A stretch of 64,000 nt of DNA from Escherichia phage vB_Eco_BCPEco_001. Under the pieces are notes generated by a model. The model was not told the origin of the DNA and did no database searches. It worked only from the letters and a program-made list of their open reading frames with translations. The first letter of the stretch is position 1. Each line of letters starts with the position of its first letter. The stretch is taken from sequence record PV295200.1. One strand, 5' to 3'. Shown in pieces: positions 15,290 to 25,978 of this stretch. The translations under genes and the position numbers were made by a program.

Positions 15290-15583
15290 CTATTTAATGA
15301 ATACTTTAGATGATGCCTGAGCCACAGTATCACCACATGATATTGGATCAGCCATTTGAACAGCTTTCTTTCCAGTGACATATACCTTAGAAGTTCTGGG
15401 TTGTGTCACTCCGCCATGTGTTTCATATGGCTTTTTAATTTCTGTATGTTCTGTAATTGGATCGCCTTCTACTAGAACAGCAATTCCTCCAGTGAATACT
15501 TTACTTTGCGTAGCATTCACAACTGTTGGAGGCCACGCTTCATGGCCAGCAGTAACACACTTATCATAACTCAATCCTGACAT
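15290..15583 (-). CDS. 5.4: PAAR-repeat baseplate spike tip protein gp5.4
   Basis: 97 aa, same size as T4 gp5.4; small beta-rich protein between gp5 region and gp6. Confidence 0.75.
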   Translation of the reverse strand: MSGLSYDKCVTAGHEAWPPTVVNATQSKVFTGGIAVLVEGDPITEHTEIKKPYETHGGVTQPRTSKVYVTGKKAVQMADPISCGDTVAQASSKVFIK

Positions 15584-16167
15584 TTATAATACCCCGCTTT
15601 AACTCGCCCCTTTAAGGTACTATAATTTATATTAAGAGCTTTAGCTGCGATTTTAATACTTTTATATAAAACGCCGTTGATAATAACAGATTTAGCATTA
15701 GGGGCTATTTTGCCATACCTTGGGTTATTGGCGCCACACATCTTCAGAGTTTTACCTCTAGGCCCTCTAGGCCCTCTTTTTCTAGACGATTTAATGCTAA
15801 TTTTCAATCTAGTTTCACGCGAATGAGATTTACCGTAAAATCCATTTTTAGCACCCGCTGTGTTATGTTTTGGGAAGCCACCGATACCGCCTAGTTTCAT
15901 ATTATAAGTTTTCTTAGATTTAACAAATTCCTCTGTGACTATTTCTGCCTCTGCGTCATACATAGCTTTTTCAGATTCAAAGAATTTTATAATATGCTTA
16001 TAAAAATTATCTATGCCATATTTTTTAATGGCATTTTTAATGGCAACGCCAGAACCCATATACCCATCATCCAAATTTGAAGTTTTGTGGACGCCTACAT
16101 AAATTTTTCCTGTTGTTTTATTAGTTATTGAATACAAATAAAAATATTTATGGTCTTGCATAGGCAT
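15571..16167 (-). CDS. GIY-YIG homing endonuclease (Seg-like)
   Basis: 198 aa; N-terminal [22 protein letters not shown]...DDGYMGSG matches the GIY-YIG module and resembles SegB in this window; basic C-terminal DNA-binding tail. Confidence 0.7.
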   Translation of the reverse strand: MPMQDHKYFYLYSITNKTTGKIYVGVHKTSNLDDGYMGSGVAIKNAIKKYGIDNFYKHIIKFFESEKAMYDAEAEIVTEEFVKSKKTYNMKLGGIGGFPKHNTAGAKNGFYGKSHSRETRLKISIKSSRKRGPRGPRGKTLKMCGANNPRYGKIAPNAKSVIINGVLYKSIKIAAKALNINYSTLKGRVKAGYYKCQD

Positions 16168-16705
16168 ATTCTCTCAATTTATTAGCCCAACGACTCCAAT
16201 TTCCAACTATAGTTTTTGTGTAATTTTTAACAAGAGTTTTTCTTATTGGAGCTGGAGGATCAGTTGGTTCAGTGGTATCAGAAGATGACCTAGAATTACT
16301 ACCAGAACCTCCAGATTCACTTTGTTCTTGGTAGTCATATATTAATGTTACTTCGTAAGTGAATGTCTTCTGGAGGTTCTGAGGAGCTTTCCATAAATAC
16401 AATTGGGTATTAGAATCAGTTGGAAGGTCTTCCCATGAAGCAGCAGTTTTAAATTCATTATCTAAACGATATTTCAACGCATCATTTCCAAATCCAAATA
16501 CAGATTCATACGTTCCATATAAACGATTTTCTTCTACTAAAACTCCAGGAGTTTCTTCGTAACTAGTTATATTTATAGATACTAACGTTTCACCTGTTTC
16601 TAATTGAGCGGTAAAGGTGACGTCGATAGAAGAACCTTCCATGGATTCTCCTAAATCAGCGCTCATTGGAAGTATATTAGCCAATGTCAATCCTCGATCC
16701 ATCAA
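16148..16705 (-). CDS. hypothetical protein at the gp5.1 position
   Basis: 185 aa ORF directly downstream of gp5; Ser/Gly/Thr-rich C-terminal tail. Confidence 0.5.
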   Translation of the reverse strand: MMDRGLTLANILPMSADLGESMEGSSIDVTFTAQLETGETLVSINITSYEETPGVLVEENRLYGTYESVFGFGNDALKYRLDNEFKTAASWEDLPTDSNTQLYLWKAPQNLQKTFTYEVTLIYDYQEQSESGGSGSNSRSSSDTTEPTDPPAPIRKTLVKNYTKTIVGNWSRWANKLREYAYARP

Positions 16706-18404
16706 TTGTGTATTGACCAGATGAAATAGAACTCATAGATGCCATTTTTTCCGTCCAATCACCACCAACGTCCCAATCAACTGTCCCAGCAACTTTCCAA
16801 GAAAGATTTCCATTTACTGTATTAGTCTGATTTCCTTCAACTAAAGTGGTAGCATCTCCTTTAACTGTAATGTCAGCATTACCTTCAACTACGATAGTAA
16901 CATTACCTTTGACTAGGATAGTTCCATTACCTTCAACCGTCTTAGTTTCATCGCCACGTACAAATATTGTATTGCTTCCATCTATTTGGTGAAGACGATT
17001 ATCCATGTTGTAATAAATTTCTGATCCACCGACGTTAGTCTTTTTATCACCGGCTACCAAAAAATTACCATCAGCGTTGGTTATATCATACAAATTATCA
17101 ACAGTTTTTCTTGTTCTTCTTCCTGAGGGTGATACTTCCTCATATGTTCCAGTCGGATGAACTAATCTGTATCGTTCTTGCCCAGGGGTATCATCAAATT
17201 CCTGAATATGACCGCTTTCAGTTTCCATTGTGTGAACATACGGATATTCACCTTTATATGAAGAAACAGGTTCTTTAAATAAAATTCTCGAATCATTCGG
17301 AATAGGAGGATCAGCTGGATCAGAAGACTTTGCTACAGTAGCAGCCATTGCTGACAAAGACCTAGACGGTGTTTTCACTTCAATACCGTATGATTCCAAA
17401 TTACCTGTAAGAATAATCATGGTAACACGAGATGCACGGCCTTTTGTTTGTTGATACCACAATGAATCACGACCAGCTTTATATGCCTTTTCCCAATCTC
17501 CGGCTAACATAGCAGTTAACATTGTGTTAAATTTAGCTACACCACCAACACCCATCTGAAATGCCATATTTTCTAATGCCATTTGACGAGAACGGTTGAC
17601 AGCTTGCCAGACTGGTCCTACTTTAGAATGTGATTTAATGTCACGTTGCATATCAGCCAAATCACGCTCAAATAAAGTTACCGCTTCTTCCATTGTAATA
17701 GAACCTGGATTTCCGGTAATTTCACGACCAACTTGTTTTGATAAAACTTTATTAATTTGGGTCATATCACGAACTGGCTGCTTCATGATAAGATGACCAA
17801 TACCAATTGTCGGATATCCTTCAGTATCCCAATAAACTTTTAGTCTTAATCCTTCATCGCGGCGAAGCATTTCAGCCATTGACATATTTGGATTATCATC
17901 AGTTGGAATCTCTGATAGTGGTCTATCATCAGGATTTATCGCAGTGTCTAGATTGCTATCTTGGATAATATTAGAAGACGAATCATATCCTACTTCTCCG
18001 CCTTGGTTTAATACGTTAGTATCATTTCCTAGACGTCTAGGATACTGTCCAGTCGGATCAGAAAATCCTTCGAGTCTATTAGGCTTTTCGCGAACTATTC
18101 CACCATACGTGCCAAGGACAATTCCGTTAGTTTTCCATTTGTCTAAAAAATGACCATAGACTCTAGTTCCTTCTACCGGACCAGTAACGGAGCCTCCAAT
18201 TCCAGACATTGCTGCGGAAGTTATGGGTTGAATAACTGACATCCACGGTAATTTATCAGTTGGAATACCCATTACATCGCCTTGTGCTCTTTGAGGTGGA
18301 TGCAGACCAACTACACGAACACGAACACGACCTAATTTTAATGGGTCCATTCTATCTTCAACAACACCAACAAACCAATTAAGGTTATTACTTATCATTT
18401 CCAT
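16677..18404 (-). CDS. 5: baseplate hub/central spike protein gp5 with lysozyme domain
   Basis: 575 aa; starts MEMISNNLNWFVGVVEDRMDPLKLGRVRVRV; central lysozyme domain (YWDTEGYPTIGIGHL) resembling the e lysozyme; C-terminal VEGN beta-helix repeats. Confidence 0.9.
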   Translation of the reverse strand: MEMISNNLNWFVGVVEDRMDPLKLGRVRVRVVGLHPPQRAQGDVMGIPTDKLPWMSVIQPITSAAMSGIGGSVTGPVEGTRVYGHFLDKWKTNGIVLGTYGGIVREKPNRLEGFSDPTGQYPRRLGNDTNVLNQGGEVGYDSSSNIIQDSNLDTAINPDDRPLSEIPTDDNPNMSMAEMLRRDEGLRLKVYWDTEGYPTIGIGHLIMKQPVRDMTQINKVLSKQVGREITGNPGSITMEEAVTLFERDLADMQRDIKSHSKVGPVWQAVNRSRQMALENMAFQMGVGGVAKFNTMLTAMLAGDWEKAYKAGRDSLWYQQTKGRASRVTMIILTGNLESYGIEVKTPSRSLSAMAATVAKSSDPADPPIPNDSRILFKEPVSSYKGEYPYVHTMETESGHIQEFDDTPGQERYRLVHPTGTYEEVSPSGRRTRKTVDNLYDITNADGNFLVAGDKKTNVGGSEIYYNMDNRLHQIDGSNTIFVRGDETKTVEGNGTILVKGNVTIVVEGNADITVKGDATTLVEGNQTNTVNGNLSWKVAGTVDWDVGGDWTEKMASMSSISSGQYTIDGSRIDIG

Positions 18405-18978
18405 AAGATTTCTCCATTATACGTATAAGGTCGTTCATAAATGAATTGATGTCTGATTTTGCTATTATTTTTATTTGACGAAGTTTTTCATTTTCAAGAA
18501 CAGCAGCTTCATACGTATCGACCGCAGCAAGTGCTCCTTCATATTGAGGATATTTTCTAGCTTTATCGCCTTTGTCATACCAAACATATGGATTATCATC
18601 GTATGATATTAAATTATAAAATTTTTCACCGTTCTCATTCACATGATATACTATTTGGTCTCCACCTACGTTTTTGTATTTTTGTATAGATGCTTGATAA
18701 GCAGCTTCTTGCGAAGTAATCCATCCATAATACGGATCATAATTATCATTACACATCAATAAAACCCAATACAACTGCGGATTTCCATATATAGCATTTG
18801 CTAATTCTTCCGGGCGCGGTGAACCTTTAATATAATAAGTACGTAAGCGGTATCCCGCAAGAGCACGTTTGAAATAGTCTTTATAGTTTCTAAAAATATC
18901 TGTCATAGGAATAGTCGGCGCGTTTTTATTCACCGTTTTGGCCGCATATTCAATCGGATCAAAAAATGTAAAGAGCAT
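18388..18978 (-). CDS. 53: baseplate wedge protein gp53
   Basis: 196 aa, same size as T4 gp53; first gene of the minus-strand late operon, divergent from gene 4. Confidence 0.75.
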   Translation of the reverse strand: MLFTFFDPIEYAAKTVNKNAPTIPMTDIFRNYKDYFKRALAGYRLRTYYIKGSPRPEELANAIYGNPQLYWVLLMCNDNYDPYYGWITSQEAAYQASIQKYKNVGGDQIVYHVNENGEKFYNLISYDDNPYVWYDKGDKARKYPQYEGALAAVDTYEAAVLENEKLRQIKIIAKSDINSFMNDLIRIMEKSYGNDK

Positions 18979-18989
18979 GGGCCCTCCTG

Positions 18990-19016
18990 TTTATAAATAT
19001 ATTATCTATTTATAAG
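18990..19016. promoter_or_regulatory. divergent late promoters (TATAAATA on both strands) for genes 4 and 53
   Basis: gtttataaatatattatctatttataagg carries TATAAATA on the plus strand and its reverse complement on the minus strand, each about 25-30 nt from the respective start codon. Confidence 0.5.
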
Positions 19017-19025
19017 GAGAATCCA

Positions 19026-19478
19026 ATGGCATATTCTGGAAAATGGGTTCCTAAAAATATATCAAAATATAGAGGTGACCCTAAAAAAATTACGTATAGA
19101 TCAAATTGGGAAAAATTCTTTTTTGAATGGTTAGATAAAAATCCAGAAATTATTGCATGGGGTAGTGAAACAGCAGTAATTCCTTATTTTTGTAATGCAG
19201 AAGGGAAAAAACGTAGATACTTCATGGATATTTGGATGAAAGATTCTTCTGGACAAGAATTTTTTATTGAAATAAAACCTAAAAAAGAAACACAACCACC
19301 AGTTAAACCAGCACATCTAACAACTGCAGCGAAGAAAAGATTTATGAATGAAATTTATACATATTCCGTTAATACTGACAAATGGAAAGCAGCGCAATCT
19401 TTAGCTGAAAAGCGTGGAATAAAATTTAGAATTTTAACAGAAGATGGATTACGAGCTCTTGGCTTTAAGGGGGCATAA
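19026..19478 (+). CDS. 4: head completion protein gp4
   Basis: 150 aa, same size as T4 gp4; conserved order 53 / 4-2-3. Confidence 0.75.
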   Translation: MAYSGKWVPKNISKYRGDPKKITYRSNWEKFFFEWLDKNPEIIAWGSETAVIPYFCNAEGKKRRYFMDIWMKDSSGQEFFIEIKPKKETQPPVKPAHLTTAAKKRFMNEIYTYSVNTDKWKAAQSLAEKRGIKFRILTEDGLRALGFKGA

Positions 19479-20302
19479 TGGCTATTTTTCAAATAATTAA
19501 TGAAAGCACTCCCCAAGTTCCAAAGGTTAAGCAATCATTAAACGAAAAGAAATGGATTCAGATAGGTCTTGAATACAGAAAGGCCAAAGCAAAAGGAATG
19601 ACAGGAAAGCAATTTGCCGAAGAAAGAGGAATCAAATACTCTACGTTTACTTCAGCAATGTCAAAATATGCTTCAGGAATTAAAACAGCTGAAAAGATTC
19701 AAAAGCTTGAATCAAAACCAATGAATAAACTCAATAAGCAAGAAAGACAACTGCTTATGATAAATTCATTCAGACAAACATTGCGCGATAAAATTCGTAA
19801 TGAAGGCGCAGCAATTAATAATAAAACCAGAAAGTGGTTTGCTGAAACTATTAAGCAAGTAAAAGGACATAAAGTTGTTCGCCCGCAGCCGGGACGAATA
19901 TATGCTTTTGCTTATGATGCTAAACACAAGGAAACTCTTCCTTACTGGGATAAATTTCCTTTGATAATTTACCTTGGTTTAGGTAAGCATAACTTAATGT
20001 ACGGATTGAACTTGCACTATATTCCACCTAAAGCTCGTCAGCAATTCCTAGAAGAGCTTTTAAAGCAATATGCAAATACACCTACTATTACTAATAAAAC
20101 GAAATTAAAAATTGATTGGAGTCAAGTGAAAGGATTTAGGGGCGCAGACCAAATGATTAAGGCATATATACCTGGTAATATTATGGGTAGCCTTGTTGAA
20201 ATCGCCCCGAAAGACTGGGCGAACGTTGTGTTAATGCCACTTCAGCAGTTCGTTTCAAAAGGAAAACGTTTCTCTGCAAACAAAGTCTGGTCAAATATCT
20301 AA
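19478..20302 (+). CDS. 2: DNA end protector protein gp2
   Basis: 274 aa, same size as T4 gp2; ATGA-type overlap with gp4. Confidence 0.75.
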   Translation: MAIFQIINESTPQVPKVKQSLNEKKWIQIGLEYRKAKAKGMTGKQFAEERGIKYSTFTSAMSKYASGIKTAEKIQKLESKPMNKLNKQERQLLMINSFRQTLRDKIRNEGAAINNKTRKWFAETIKQVKGHKVVRPQPGRIYAFAYDAKHKETLPYWDKFPLIIYLGLGKHNLMYGLNLHYIPPKARQQFLEELLKQYANTPTITNKTKLKIDWSQVKGFRGADQMIKAYIPGNIMGSLVEIAPKDWANVVLMPLQQFVSKGKRFSANKVWSNI

Positions 20303-20408
20303 TTCTATTATCTTCCATTCTTTTCTGTTGTTTGTTCTAAATGGAATTGAATGGAAGGGACTTAGACCCATTATACCACCAACAGTTATAAAGCATTATG
20401 AGGAATAT

Positions 20409-20939
20409 ATGTCGCAAGCTCTGCAACAAATTTTTAACCAAGCAAATACAACTAACTTTGTAGTATCAATACCACATAGTAATACTACGTCTGCTTTTAC
20501 TTTAAATGCTCAGTCAGTTCCTATTCCAGGAATTAGAATACCTGTTACTGATACCGTGACTGGGCCGTTTGGACTGGGCCGAGCACAACGTCCAGGTGTT
20601 ACATTCGAGTATGATCCACTCATTGTGAGATTTATAGTTGATGAAGAACTTAAGTCGTGGATAGGAATGTATGAATGGATGCTAGGAACTAGCAACTATC
20701 TTACAGGTGAAAATACTGCCCAAAAAACAGGTCCTGAGTACATTACGCTTTACATCTTAGATAATAGCAAAACTGAAATCGTGATGTCAATAAATTTTTA
20801 TAAGCCTTGGGTTTCTGACCTGTCTGAAGTAGAATTTAGCTACACGGAAGATTCAGACCCGGCTTTAGTATGTACAGCAACGATTCCTTACACCTATTTT
20901 CAAGTAGAAAAAGATGGAAAAATTATAGCAGAAGTTTAA
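20409..20939 (+). CDS. 3: tail completion/sheath stabiliser protein gp3
   Basis: ORF track 20328..20939; ATG at 20409 with GAGGAA RBS gives 176 aa, the T4 gp3 size. Confidence 0.7.
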   Translation: MSQALQQIFNQANTTNFVVSIPHSNTTSAFTLNAQSVPIPGIRIPVTDTVTGPFGLGRAQRPGVTFEYDPLIVRFIVDEELKSWIGMYEWMLGTSNYLTGENTAQKTGPEYITLYILDNSKTEIVMSINFYKPWVSDLSEVEFSYTEDSDPALVCTATIPYTYFQVEKDGKIIAEV

Positions 20940-20988
20940 TGCTTCAGTTTTGTGTGTTATAATCTTAATTAAATTTGAGGAGAAACAC

Positions 20989-21713
20989 ATGAAACTAATC
21001 TTTTTAAGCGGTGTAAAGCGTAGTGGAAAAGATACTACTGCTGATTTTATCATGAGCAATTATTCTGCAGTTAAATACCAACTTGCTGGTCCTATTAAGG
21101 ATGCATTGGCTTATGCATGGGGAGTATTTGCTGCAAATACCGACTATCCTTGCTTAACTCGTAAAGAGTTTGAAGGAATTGACTATGATCGTGAGACTAA
21201 TTTAAATCTGACTAAATTAGAAGTAATCACGATTATGGAACAAGCATTTTGCTATCTTAATGGTAAAAGCCCAATTAAAGGTGTGTTTGTTTTTGATGAC
21301 GAAGGAAAAGAATCAGTTAATTTCGTAGCATTTAATAAGATTGCTGACGTTATAAATAATATTGAAGATCAATGGTCAGTCCGTCGTCTGATGCAAGCCC
21401 TAGGTACGGATTTGATTGTTAATAACTTCGACCGCATGTACTGGGTAAAATTATTTGCTTTAGATTATCTTGATAAATTTAACTCAGGTTATGATTATTA
21501 TATCGTTCCTGATACCCGTCAAGATCATGAAATGGATGCGGCTAGGGCGATGGGTGCTACAGTAATTCATGTAGTTCGTCCTGGTCAAAAATCCAATGAT
21601 ACACATATTACAGAAGCTGGATTGCCAATTCGTGATGGCGATTTAGTAATTACAAACGATGGTTCTCTTGAAGAACTTTTTTCTAAAATTAAAAATACAC
21701 TAAAGGTACTATA

Positions 21714-21714
<1 letters not shown>
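20989..21714 (+). CDS. 1: deoxynucleoside monophosphate kinase
   Basis: ATG at 20989 with GAGGAG RBS gives 241 aa; P-loop LSGVKRSGKDT. Confidence 0.85.
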
Positions 21715-22399
<685 letters not shown>

Positions 22400-22400
22400 T

Positions 22401-22452
22401 TTCACAAAGTTGTTTACATACTGATGAGGTAGTGATACTATTACCTCATCAA
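22401..22452 (+). promoter_or_regulatory. early promoter embedded in stem-loop (PeSL-type cassette, copy 1)
   Basis: TTTCACAAAGTT-GTTTAC, 18-nt spacer, TG-n-TACTAT; inverted repeat TGATGAGGTA...TACCTCATCA encloses the -10. Confidence 0.6.
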
Positions 22453-22472
22453 AATTAATTAGGAAAATAAAA

Positions 22473-22730
22473 ATGAAAACTTTCAAAGAGTTTGCTACAA
22501 AAACTACTATCACTGAATCTTCCCACGGTATGGAAGTAAAGCTTGGAATGGCTTTAGCTGAAGCTGAGCGTCTTTTCTCTCGTATTAAAGAACTTGCTGC
22601 TGCGGTCGATCCTTCATCTTTTAAAGGAGACCAAACTAAAGTTAAAGCACTTTTAGCATTATGCTCCGATGCAGGAGAAATTGCTAAAAATGGTTCTAAG
22701 ATGAAGAAACGATTAGAAGATTTAAAATAA
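22473..22730 (+). CDS. internal-protein-like protein with capsid-targeting-type N-terminus
   Basis: 85 aa; N-terminus MKTFKEFATKTTITE resembles the T4 internal protein leader MKTYQEFIAE cleaved after Glu. Confidence 0.5.
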   Translation: MKTFKEFATKTTITESSHGMEVKLGMALAEAERLFSRIKELAAAVDPSSFKGDQTKVKALLALCSDAGEIAKNGSKMKKRLEDLK

Positions 22731-22782
22731 TTTCACAAAGTTGTTTACATAGGGTTTTAGTTGTGATACTATTACCCTATCA
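22731..22782 (+). promoter_or_regulatory. early promoter in stem-loop (PeSL-type cassette, copy 2)
   Basis: Near-identical to copy 1 over about 35 nt including the preceding gene's last codons (gatttaaaataa); inverted repeat ATAGGGT...ACCCTAT. Confidence 0.6.
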
Positions 22783-22806
22783 AAACAAAACCAAATGGAA
22801 ATCAAA

Positions 22807-23040
22807 ATGAAAACTTTCAAAGAGTTTATCGCTGAAACTGCTGATGTAAAAGTTGAGTTTATTTACACTGGCAAGAAAGATAAAATGGGTGAAATGCCTC
22901 ATGGAGTTCTTCGTGATGCATTAGATAATTTCGGTCAACTCGCCGCAGAAGATTACGGTGATAAAATTGTTGTTACTGGTCCTGCTGCAGTTATTGAAAA
23001 ATGGGCAGCAGAAAATAAATCAATTTTTCGTAAAAAATAA
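22807..23040 (+). CDS. internal-protein-like protein with capsid-targeting-type N-terminus
   Basis: ATG at 22807 gives MKTFKEFIAETADV..., nearly identical to the T4 IP leader motif; 77 aa. Confidence 0.5.
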   Translation: MKTFKEFIAETADVKVEFIYTGKKDKMGEMPHGVLRDALDNFGQLAAEDYGDKIVVTGPAAVIEKWAAENKSIFRKK

Positions 23041-23076
23041 GTTTACTTTTAGATGGGGTAGTGATACTATTACCCT
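23041..23076 (+). promoter_or_regulatory. early promoter in stem-loop (PeSL-type cassette, copy 3)
   Basis: GTTTAC, 18 nt, TG-a-TACTAT with imperfect inverted repeat GATGGGGTA...TACCCTATC. Confidence 0.55.
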
Positions 23077-23098
23077 ATCAACTATTGAGGAGAATAAA

Positions 23099-23284
23099 AT
23101 GAAACGTTGTGAATTAATTCGAAATGTTGCTATTGCAATTTCTGCTTCTGCTTTCAGTTTTTCAATGTTTGTTGGATTTATATGCGGATTATTAACTACA
23201 GCAGAAAATGTGTTTTCACTTGTAGTAGCATTTTTAATTGGTTTAATCGCTATTGTTACGGATAAAATTTCTAAAGGTGAATAA
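23099..23284 (+). CDS. small hydrophobic membrane protein
   Basis: 61 aa from ATG at 23099 with GAGGAGA RBS; two hydrophobic segments (AIAISASAFSFSMFVGFICGLL and LVVAFLIGLIAIV). Confidence 0.4.
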   Translation: MKRCELIRNVAIAISASAFSFSMFVGFICGLLTTAENVFSLVVAFLIGLIAIVTDKISKGE

Positions 23285-23682
23285 TGAACGTTGAATATTA
23301 TGTATATGCGGATTACGAAAATAATCCGTCTAAAGATGAAGATAATCGTTTAGGTGTAGATGCTTTCGATTGCCCTGCAGCGGCATGGCAATGGGTTGAA
23401 AGAACCGATATTCCTTACCGTTATATTGAAGTGGTTGACCACGCAGGAAACAAGTATCCTAAGGAAGCATATGTTCCTTCCGTGAAGGTAAATTTCCTTT
23501 TGTTTGCAGGTGATAATTATTATCCACGTGGTGGGTATACCGATTTAATCGCTAAAGCATTCTCTGAAGATGAACTCCGTGACATTATCAAAGAAAATGA
23601 AAACAAACCGATGGGTTCTAATCGCTTTGACTGGTGGCAAATCGTAAATGCTCATACTCATGCTATTGTTGATAGAGGTTGA
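23284..23682 (+). CDS. hypothetical protein
   Basis: 132 aa ORF with ATGA overlap to the upstream gene; no recognised motif. Confidence 0.5.
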   Translation: MNVEYYVYADYENNPSKDEDNRLGVDAFDCPAAAWQWVERTDIPYRYIEVVDHAGNKYPKEAYVPSVKVNFLLFAGDNYYPRGGYTDLIAKAFSEDELRDIIKENENKPMGSNRFDWWQIVNAHTHAIVDRG

Positions 23683-23972
23683 TAATGATTCTTTATGCTA
23701 AAGTATCATCCATTGAAAATGGATATAAATATGATCAAGAAGCAGCTAAAGCCTTGATTGATGATTATGGCATTTTAACCTGTTTTGAAGTTGAAAAGGT
23801 TTACATTGACCGTTCATCTTCTCAAGTTAAATTAGTGAAGGAAGACCGTAAATTTAATACAGTAAATTTTGATTTCTTTATTGAAACGGAAAAAGGTCCT
23901 CTTGAATATAATATTTTCAAGAATCCTTTGGGTCTTGAATGTATCGTAAATACGTATTATCATAAATGGTAA
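23679..23972 (+). CDS. hypothetical protein
   Basis: 97 aa ORF; track start is TTG, ATG two codons downstream; no recognised motif. Confidence 0.4.
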   Translation: MIMILYAKVSSIENGYKYDQEAAKALIDDYGILTCFEVEKVYIDRSSSQVKLVKEDRKFNTVNFDFFIETEKGPLEYNIFKNPLGLECIVNTYYHKW

Positions 23973-24069
23973 ATATGCTTTAAGAATTATTTGTTATTAT
24001 TAACTCATACCGCACTGATTAATACCCTCTATCATCAAGGGTTCTTGTTAGAGAGCCTTTGTTAATAAT

Positions 24070-24142
24070 TGGGAATTAGCCAAGTTGGTAAGGCATAGCA
24101 CTTTGACTGCTAGATGCAAAGGTTCGAGTCCTTTATTCCCAG
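24070..24142 (+). tRNA. tRNA-Gln (anticodon UUG)
   Basis: Cloverleaf read by eye: acceptor tgggaat/attccca, anticodon loop ctTTGac, T-loop ggttcgagtcc. Confidence 0.8.
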
Positions 24143-24143
24143 C

Positions 24144-24230
24144 GCGAGAATGGTCAAATTGGTAAAGACACAGCACTTAAAATGCTGCGGAATGATTTCC
24201 TTGTGGGTTCGAGTCCCACTTCTCGTACCA
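24144..24230 (+). tRNA. tRNA-Leu (anticodon UAA), long variable arm, CCA encoded
   Basis: Acceptor gcgagaa/ttctcgt, anticodon loop ctTAAaa, T-loop gggttcgagtccc, 3' acca. Confidence 0.8.
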
Positions 24231-24236
24231 AAGTTT

Positions 24237-24308
<72 letters not shown>

Positions 24309-24320
24309 AAATTTAATTTA

Positions 24321-24394
24321 CTTCGTGTAGCTCAGTTTGGTAGAGCGTCTGCTTTGGGAGCAGAATGTCGCAGGTTCAAATCCTGCCGCGGAGA
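24321..24394 (+). tRNA. tRNA-Pro (anticodon UGG)
   Basis: Anticodon stem tctgc/gcaga with loop ttTGGga, T-loop caggttcaaatcctg; acceptor stem has G-U pairs. Confidence 0.75.
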
Positions 24395-24396
24395 CT

Positions 24397-24483
24397 GGAG
24401 GCGTGGCAGAGTGGTTTAATGCACCGGTCTTGAAAACCGGCAGTCGCTCCGGCGACTCATAGGTTCAAATCCTATCGCCTCCG
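24397..24483 (+). tRNA. tRNA-Ser (anticodon UGA), long variable arm
   Basis: Acceptor ggaggcg/cgcctcc, anticodon loop ctTGAaa, variable arm cagtcgctccggcgactc, T-loop aggttcaaatcct. Confidence 0.8.
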
Positions 24484-24490
24484 TAATTTC

Positions 24491-24563
24491 GCTGATTTAG
24501 CTCAGTAGGTAGAGCAACTCACTTGTAATGAGAAGGTCGGCGGTTCGATTCCGTCAATCAGCA
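24491..24563 (+). tRNA. tRNA-Thr (anticodon UGU)
   Basis: Acceptor gctgatt/aatcagc, anticodon loop ctTGTaa, T-loop cggttcgattccg. Confidence 0.8.
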
Positions 24564-24569
24564 TATCAA

Positions 24570-24641
24570 GGCCCTGTAGCTGGAAGGTTCAAGCAAGCGA
24601 CTCATAATCGCCAGATGGTGGTTCAATTCCACCCAGGGCCA
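24570..24641 (+). tRNA. tRNA-Ile (anticodon CAU, presumably modified to read AUA)
   Basis: Acceptor ggccctg/cagggcc, anticodon loop ctCATaa, T-loop tggttcaattcca; T4 is known to carry a CAU-anticodon tRNA-Ile. Confidence 0.75.
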
Positions 24642-24682
24642 TATTTTGAGAACATAAATACTCTTAGAAATAGGAGATATTT

Positions 24683-25348
24683 ATGTTCTATTACATTTAT
24701 AAAATAACAAATAAAATTAATAATAAAATCTATATAGGCGCTCATTCTACCGAAAATTTAGATGATGGATATATGGGTTCTGGTAAATTATTAAAAAGAG
24801 CCCAAGATAAGTATGGTATAGAAAATTTTTCTAAAGAAATATTAGAGTATTTTGACGATAAAACCTCTATGTTTGAGTCAGAAAAGAATATTGTGGCTGA
24901 AGAGTTTTTAAAGCGCCCTGATGTTTATAATTTGAAATTAGGTGGTGAAGGTGGTTGGGACCATTTAAACACTAAAGAATATTTGGATAAAAAGAAAGAA
25001 GCTTCCTTAAAAGGAGCTGCCGCTTTTAAAACCAGATTTGAGAACGACCCAGACCTTAAAGAAAAATATCGTAAAATGGGTTCAGAAAGGTTTAAACAGC
25101 TTTGGGATAATCCTAAGTATAGAGAGAAATTTTTAAATACTAAATCTTTCTTGGGTAAGACCCATACTCCTGAAACTATTAATAAAATGAAAGAATCTCA
25201 CGCCAGAAATAAACACCAACAAGGTGAAAAGAATTCCCAATTTGGTATGATGTGGATTCATTCATTAGATGAAAAAGTTTCTAAACGTATTAAGAAAACT
25301 GACCCAATTCCAGAAGGATGGTTTAAAGGTCGAAAAATGAAATTTTAA
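24683..25348 (+). CDS. segB: GIY-YIG homing endonuclease SegB
   Basis: 221 aa inside the tRNA cluster; N-terminal YYIYKITNKINNKIYIGAHS...DDGYMGSG module. Confidence 0.8.
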   Translation: MFYYIYKITNKINNKIYIGAHSTENLDDGYMGSGKLLKRAQDKYGIENFSKEILEYFDDKTSMFESEKNIVAEEFLKRPDVYNLKLGGEGGWDHLNTKEYLDKKKEASLKGAAAFKTRFENDPDLKEKYRKMGSERFKQLWDNPKYREKFLNTKSFLGKTHTPETINKMKESHARNKHQQGEKNSQFGMMWIHSLDEKVSKRIKKTDPIPEGWFKGRKMKF

Positions 25349-25351
25349 TTA

Positions 25352-25428
<77 letters not shown>

Positions 25429-25439
25429 AACAAGAAGCC

Positions 25440-25790
25440 GGGTCGCTACCGGCAAGTCGTCGGACTGATGTTCCCTGAGTAAGGACTGGCATTAATAAAT
25501 CTTTATGTTTTGTTAATGCCCCCTTATATCACAGCAGAAACGGCGCACCGAATTATCGATTCGAGGAAATATCTTTGCCGTAAGCCGAGTAGCGTTTTTG
25601 ACGGAACGTTCGGATATGGTCAAGATATGGCCTTTTAAAAATATTGAGTAGCGTCAACTGCTTAATAACCGGGTTCGAATCCCGGCGTTTCGTACAAACA
25701 CTTGCCTTAGCAGGTGGAACCCCGACAAGGTTGCCGCAAGGCTCAGTCCCGACCGAAAGGTTGGGGCTTTTTAGTATCTAGGCCTTTCCG
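25440..25790 (+). ncRNA. structured GC-rich non-coding region, probable stable small RNAs (T4 species 1/2, rnaC/rnaD position)
   Basis: No ORF over 60 aa; GC-rich versus flanks; tRNA-like T-arm ccgggttcgaatcccgg; ends with hairpin plus T-run (ggttggggcttttt); follows tRNA-Arg as in T4. Confidence 0.35.
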
Positions 25791-25894
25791 GGCCTCTCTA
25801 GGCATCATTTAGTTTATACCCTTTATAATATATTATCCTACCTTTTAATTGCCCCTCCTGACCCTAGAATTCCCTAAAACTTTTTAAAAATTTT

Positions 25895-25936
25895 TTCACA
25901 AAACTGTTTACAAGACTGTTCTTCTATGGTACTATA
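25895..25936 (+). promoter_or_regulatory. early promoter (repeat family B, copy 1)
   Basis: TTTTCACAAAACT-GTTTAC, 18 nt, TG-g-TACTAT; about 48 nt near-identical to copies at about 40,900 and 43,044. Confidence 0.6.
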
Positions 25937-25978
25937 CAACTATCAACTACTGATACAGAAAACAACTTGGAGAACGAA

